This document shows positions 59,907-64,000 of a stretch of DNA of 64,000 nucleotides, piece after piece (within the stretch, counting starts at the first letter, position 1; every line of letters begins with the position of its first letter). The position numbers and the translations under genes are program-made. Origin of the DNA: a virus; IMG/VR virus record IMGVR_UViG_3300045988_112172, one strand, 5' to 3'. A model generated the notes under the pieces. It was not told the DNA's origin. It searched no databases and saw nothing but the letters and a program-made list of their open reading frames with translations.

Positions 59907-59985
59907 GTGAGATGCCCAGAATCGAACCAGGACCGGCACATACGCACCGGCACGCCGCGTCATCCCCCTATATGATACAGAAATA
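59907..59985 (-). other. tRNA-like element 1 (T-arm plus acceptor-3'-like motif; cloverleaf not confirmed)
   Basis: The minus-strand sequence reads ...CCTGGTTCGATTCTGGGCATCTCAC, a T-stem-loop with the TTCGATT loop. I could not pair a canonical 5' acceptor strand by hand, and the only candidate gives a roughly 61-nt molecule. Confidence 0.3.
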
Positions 59986-60061
59986 GGCATGCCTATCCTC
60001 ACGAACCGACATGCCAAAACCCAAAACTTAATTTGATGAATAAAATAGATTAACAAAAATA

Positions 60062-60376
60062 CTATTCTAATTCTTTTATAATATCTTTCACAATATTCAG
60101 CCTTACCTCCTTCGTTTCTGGACTAAGACAACCAAACCACCCATAAAACGTTCTTGTTTCCTCTGGTTCTGTGGCCATACTTATCTTCTCCTCCAATTCC
60201 GGGAAATATATTCTCACCATTTCGTCTGAACGAAACTCATAGATATTTTTATGTGTTTTGAAATACATAAACACTACATTTCTTAACGCAACACATATGT
60301 ATTCCCCATCCTCTAACCTATCAATCATCTCATATACCTTTTTCCATATGAATAATCGCTCTTCTTTTGTAAACAT
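60062..60376 (-). CDS. hypothetical protein (104 aa)
   Basis: ORF. Confidence 0.45.
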   Translation of the reverse strand: MFTKEERLFIWKKVYEMIDRLEDGEYICVALRNVVFMYFKTHKNIYEFRSDEMVRIYFPELEEKISMATEPEETRTFYGWFGCLSPETKEVRLNIVKDIIKELE

Positions 60377-60384
60377 ATCTTTCT

Positions 60385-60732
60385 TTATTTTTGTGGTATT
60401 ATTTGACTGTATGCAGACTTTTCCATGTACACAACACTATGCTCCTGTCCAAGTATTTTCTTTGCTGCCTCTTTCTTTATCGCACAATATCTCCCTGTAC
60501 GATACGGATTCTTTTGATCTGATCCATCCTCAACTTCGATAATAAAACAACCTCCGTCATCTATTATCTTTTTGCAATTGTCACATATTTCTCCCGTGCA
60601 TATATGATGCGGCGCCTGCCCTTTGATGTTATTCCCTAATAAAGCAATCCCCATCTCTTCACCGCATACTATGCATAGTTCTATGGATGGATTCAACCCA
60701 TGCTCTGGATGCAATACAATACCGTCTTTCAT
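60385..60732 (-). CDS. zinc-ribbon protein (115 aa)
   Basis: CIVCGEE ... CTGEICDNC. Confidence 0.45.
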   Translation of the reverse strand: MKDGIVLHPEHGLNPSIELCIVCGEEMGIALLGNNIKGQAPHHICTGEICDNCKKIIDDGGCFIIEVEDGSDQKNPYRTGRYCAIKKEAAKKILGQEHSVVYMEKSAYSQIIPQK

Positions 60733-61133
60733 TTTCTATCCTCATTTATTAATTCTATTATAAACTTTTTATCTTGTTCCCACAATGGCAGCCCTTCTTT
60801 TACTGTGTATGCCACTGTTTCCCTCTCTCCTATTAATCGCACGGCAATCTCTCTTGCTTTCAAGTCATCCTCCTCATGCGATTTGTTTATTAAATCATAG
60901 GCACATGATTCCACCTTTTGCCTTTCGATTATTATCGAACCCATTAACTCGCTTATATGCGATCCTAAAAACGATAAGACATTAATAGCTTTCCCAATAT
61001 CATTTGAAATAGCACTTGCTAAATACATCTTATCCATATACTCCGGCAAAGCCTCGTATGCCGTTTCTATGTTTTTATACTGATTTTCGTTTACCTCCCT
61101 TTTAATCAGTTCTTCAAATTCTTCTTTTAACAT
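60729..61133 (-). CDS. hypothetical protein (134 aa)
   Basis: ORF whose start lies 23 nt downstream of T-arm-like motif 2. Confidence 0.45.
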   Translation of the reverse strand: MLKEEFEELIKREVNENQYKNIETAYEALPEYMDKMYLASAISNDIGKAINVLSFLGSHISELMGSIIIERQKVESCAYDLINKSHEEDDLKAREIAVRLIGERETVAYTVKEGLPLWEQDKKFIIELINEDRK

Positions 61134-61156
61134 GTTCTTCCCTATTTTAATGTTGT

Positions 61157-61245
61157 GTGAGATCGCCGGAATCGAACCAGCCTACCGCACCATGAATCCC
61201 ATAAAGCAAATGCTCCGATCTTCGCAGATGGGAGCATTCTGTCTA
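61157..61245 (-). other. tRNA-like element 2 (T-arm plus acceptor-3'-like motif; cloverleaf not confirmed)
   Basis: Minus strand ...GGCTGGTTCGATTCCGGCGATCTCAC. Upstream of it is a perfect 8-bp hairpin AATGCTCC(14 nt)GGAGCATT. No canonical acceptor closure found by hand. Confidence 0.3.
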
Positions 61246-61801
61246 AAGCATAAGAAAATTAATGAAGAAATTTTTCTCACTTACGCCATAGCATCTAAAA
61301 TAGCTATCAGCACTATTTCTATGACAAACATAATAGAAAATATCTTAAATGCCTTTTTCATATCGCTATCTCCTCCTTTTTATTTTTTTAGTTCCACAAT
61401 AAACTGTTCCGGCTCTGCTCCGAACTACGTTCCACCTACAACCGCAGGCCTTAGCCCAAGGCGCCGCCTACTCCCCCTCTATGGCAGCCTGTTCGTACCT
61501 ACAAATCCAGTCTCCTTCCATACAACTATCACTACGCGATAACAAACATGTATCTTTATAACAATCATAAAAAAATACATCTCTCACAACTGTAATCCCT
61601 AATTTCTACACAGCTAACTACCTTAGCATATACTATTCCATCACTGCCTTCTATTCCTCTTACCCCAAAAATAGAACCTTCTCCCTCCTTACTCAAATCT
61701 AAGTCAGGCGCAAAGTCATATACGTTCATGTTGTTTATGTTTTAATTGTTATACATTCCGATTACTACTAATCTATAGAATATAGTTTTCAACTCTCAAC
61801 C

Positions 61802-61922
61802 TATTGAATTTTGTTGAATAAACTCACATTATGCCGTTTTAAAGCACTGATCTGTTGAATTTTGTTGGATAAACTCACATTATGCCGTTTTAAGGCACTG
61901 ATCTGTTGAATTTTGTTGGAAG
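61802..61922. repeat. 51-bp tandem repeat, 2.4 copies, noncoding
   Basis: t[a/g]ttgaattttgttg[a/g]ataaactcacattatgccgttttaa[a/g]gcactgatc at 61802, 61853 and partially at 61904. The overlapping 67-aa ORF is probably a translation artefact of the repeat. Confidence 0.7.
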
Positions 61923-62442
61923 GAAGTGCCCTCCCTCTCCCCAACCCCGGCTGATCCTCCGACTTTCTGCATAGAAACTGCGCTCTCGGCCTCACTACAG
62001 GCATACGGAGAGCGTTACAAGCTTATACTATGGCATGGGATATGGGGTATTTAGAGATAATATCATTCCATAGAGAGAATAGAGAGCCTTCAGCCCACGC
62101 CCTACCGCCTGCTCCTCCTATCAAGATAGATATTTAAGCCTATAATCAAAGCCAACAAAGAAAAGCAAAAAGCCATTACGATATTATACTGATCCGGTCC
62201 GTACTCCAACATAGAACGAATACCAACCGACAGAAAATACAAGTCAGCTACTAATAAAAACCACAACATAAAATAAAAAAAATACAATAAGTATATCCGA
62301 AAATACGGGGATTATAAAACCTAACTAATTGATAATCAAGCATACATCATTTTTAAGAAAAATACAATAAGCCTAATTTTCAATCCATAGAGACGAAAAA
62401 GGCGGCATCCGACGCCCTATTTTGGGTCAGAAAACCGCCTAA

Positions 62443-62535
62443 AGTTTCGTTTTAGACCAATTTTAACGACATGATATAGACAAAATACCGGCATTATATC
62501 CGAATACTCCTATTTTAGTTTCGTTTTAGACCAAT
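62443..62535. repeat. 19-bp direct repeat, two copies 74 bp apart
   Basis: agtttcgttttagaccaat at 62443-62461 and again at 62517-62535. Confidence 0.6.
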
Positions 62536-62640
62536 ATAGCTCACATCCGCCGTTCACTCTCAGAATATTCTACCCGTAAATAGAAAGAGTAGGATACAAA
62601 AATAGGGCTGCTCCGATATTCGAAACAACCCTATTCATAT

Positions 62641-62847
62641 TTAAATACTGTTTATATTTTCCTTAACGTACGTTCGTGACGTATGAACCTTACGTTTGCA
62701 TTTGTCCTTTCCTGTATCGGCATGATACGCTTCTTTAAGATCACGATACAGCATAAATTCACGATACGCTCTTTTCCGCTTTTCTTTAGCTTCTTTCCTG
62801 GACAGACCGCGGACGTCTACCATATGAGATTTAAATTTCCCTTCCAT
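62641..62847 (-). CDS. small basic protein (68 aa)
   Basis: Lys/Arg-rich ORF. Confidence 0.35.
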   Translation of the reverse strand: MEGKFKSHMVDVRGLSRKEAKEKRKRAYREFMLYRDLKEAYHADTGKDKCKRKVHTSRTYVKENINSI

Positions 62848-62880
62848 TTTCTTTATGCTTTAATTATGATTAACTCCAGC

Positions 62881-63054
62881 GGTTAAGTGCTTCGATATAG
62901 AAACCTTCCGCCTCTTTGTACTCACTTTCGCTCAATGTTTCCACCGTCTCGATATAGTTACGCAATGTTATTTTTACGCAACTGTTTTTAGATTTATTGA
63001 ACGCTTCAATTAAAGCGTTGATCATTGCTTTCTTTTCCATGCTATTATATTATT
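62881..63054 (-). CDS. small protein (57 aa; MEKKAMINALIEAFNK...), below the ORF-track cutoff
   Basis: Clean ATG-to-stop ORF that starts 24 nt downstream of T-arm-like motif 3. Confidence 0.35.
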
Positions 63055-63063
63055 TGTAATTTA

Positions 63064-63135
63064 GAGGTTGCTCCGGAATCGAACCGGACACGCATTCCTA
63101 CCCTGTACGAATTTTATGCTACAACCAACAGCCCG
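63064..63135 (-). other. tRNA-like element 3 (perfect T-arm TCCGG-TTCGATT-CCGGA; cloverleaf not confirmed)
   Basis: Minus strand GTCCGGTTCGATTCCGGAGCAACC. A 5' acceptor can only be paired with a 1:72 mismatch, and that would leave no D-arm (about 64 nt). Confidence 0.3.
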
Positions 63136-63599
63136 TAATTAGTACGTAGTTCTTGTGTACAGGCCCGTACTATGTTGTTATTATATTTTCCGTCTGCTAC
63201 ACAATTTAGCCACAAATAAAGGCGATTGTGTCCTTGCGTTTTGATATAAGATGCTCCTACATGATAGGTTACATGCTCATACCCTGTAATTTAATCTACA
63301 GCCTTGTCCTATTTTACGTGTAGGCAAGTAAGACACGTTCCCGAACGGAGACAAACCTCGTACAACGGTATATTTTCTAAACTATACTCACATACCTAAC
63401 ATAAACCATACCTATTCGGATAGTCCATGCAGTAATACCGGCCCTTTAATTGCCAACGGCAAGGGCAATGGTATATCTATCTCCAATATGTAAAATAACT
63501 CTCTGTTTTGTCAGCTTCAGTCTAAAGCATACGCGGGACGTGCACCCACCAACAACGGCGTACAGACGCGTTTAAAGGTACGCGCCCAACCTTGTTTTT

Positions 63600-63941
63600 T
63601 TACTGCTGATTACTTTCGTGTGCTAAATACTCAGATACGCACTTTGCAACGGTGTGGATAGAATAAGACTTAATCTTAACGGCCACATAAGTGGCTTTAT
63701 ATTCGCCCGTCTCTTTAACGATCCATTTTGCACTACTTTTCGTTTCCAACGTTTCCGCGGTTGCAAATCCGAAAGGCTTATACTCACCGCCATAAACTAC
63801 ATTATCGAAACACCAATCAGCCGTTTTTGCCTCAATTCCTTTCTCTTTATCTACTTTGCTATCCTTATATACTTTAGAGTATAGGGAAAACTTAACAAAG
63901 GTATCATCAACTTTTGGTAACATTTGGCTACACACAGCCAC
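63600..63941 (-). CDS. hypothetical protein (113 aa)
   Basis: ORF at the right end of the window. Confidence 0.45.
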   Translation of the reverse strand: MAVCSQMLPKVDDTFVKFSLYSKVYKDSKVDKEKGIEAKTADWCFDNVVYGGEYKPFGFATAETLETKSSAKWIVKETGEYKATYVAVKIKSYSIHTVAKCVSEYLAHESNQQ

Positions 63942-64000
63942 CAGGCGTTTTTTATCCTTGGCCAGAGATGCAACCTTTACAGCGTATTCTGCCGGTATTT

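Noticed and set aside
61802-61922. CRISPR array.
   Set aside because: The 51-bp units are directly adjacent with no spacers, there are only 2.4 copies, and there are no cas genes. It is a simple tandem repeat.
61132-62004. Plus-strand ORF 61132-61542 (136 aa) and minus-strand ORF 61801-62004 (67 aa).
   Set aside because: The first overlaps T-arm-like element 2 and a C-rich noncoding stretch and has an implausible composition. The second is simply a translation of the 51-bp tandem repeat.
59907-63135. Calling the three GGTTCGATTCC elements confident tRNA genes with anticodon assignments.
   Set aside because: I could not close a canonical acceptor stem with D and anticodon arms for any of them by hand. 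They are reported as tRNA-like elements pending tRNAscan-SE or ARAGORN.
1-64000. Alternative genetic code (stop-codon recoding as in some crAss-like lineages).
   Set aside because: Two ORFs longer than 6 kb and dense gap-free tiling of minus-strand ORFs are all intact under the standard code. The three frame breaks I saw are frameshifts at homopolymers, not in-frame stops.
1-64000. Diversity-generating retroelement, retron or integrase.
   Set aside because: I found no reverse-transcriptase motifs (YxDD context) and no tyrosine or serine recombinase signature in any ORF. The paralog pair differs throughout rather than in an adenine-specific VR pattern.

Overview
This window reads as 64 kb of a large, AT-rich tailed phage or prophage, with a crAss-like two-block layout, probably from a Bacteroidota-type host: almost no gene has a Shine-Dalgarno sequence. 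I could not confirm the phage family by hand.

Coordinates 1-22195 are a plus-strand block. It is dominated by two giant ORFs (2111 aa and 2137 aa) and a 752-aa ORF, read as virion-associated or ejected proteins of unknown function. Two IS605-family tnpB-only insertion elements, both frame-disrupted, and a small-gene module (10.9-14.4 kb) interrupt this block. It ends in a strong hairpin terminator at 22332-22372 where the strands converge.

Coordinates 22407-61133 are a tightly packed minus-strand block of about 80 mostly small genes. Recognisable products include an SF2 DExH helicase, a DnaB-like RecA-fold helicase, a zinc-ribbon primase, two PD-(D/E)XK nucleases, a dATP/dGTP pyrophosphohydrolase-like protein, a KilA-N protein and many Cys-rich zinc-ribbon proteins. 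There is also an accessory island (ABC/AAA_21-like ATPase, DUF1566-like protein, Dam-like N6-adenine methyltransferase split at a G4 run, minimal nucleotidyltransferase).

The most unusual coding content is a phage-borne flotillin (SPFH) + NfeD/YqiJ-like + acyl-carrier-protein-like operon at 31.1-34.3 kb. Next to it is a roughly 500-nt ORF-free region that ends in a strong plus-strand terminator, antisense to the surrounding genes; I read it as a candidate ncRNA.

The right end (59.9-63.6 kb) is poor in ORFs. It carries three tRNA T-arm-like motifs (GGTTCGATTCYGG) at a fixed 44-46 nt upstream of minus-strand start codons, and I could not fold any of them into a canonical cloverleaf by hand. 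The same region has a solo remnant of the tnpB 3' end and right end (omega-RNA-like), a 51-bp tandem repeat, 19-bp direct repeats and a GC-richer 470-bp noncoding stretch. I found no CRISPR array, reverse transcriptase or integrase.
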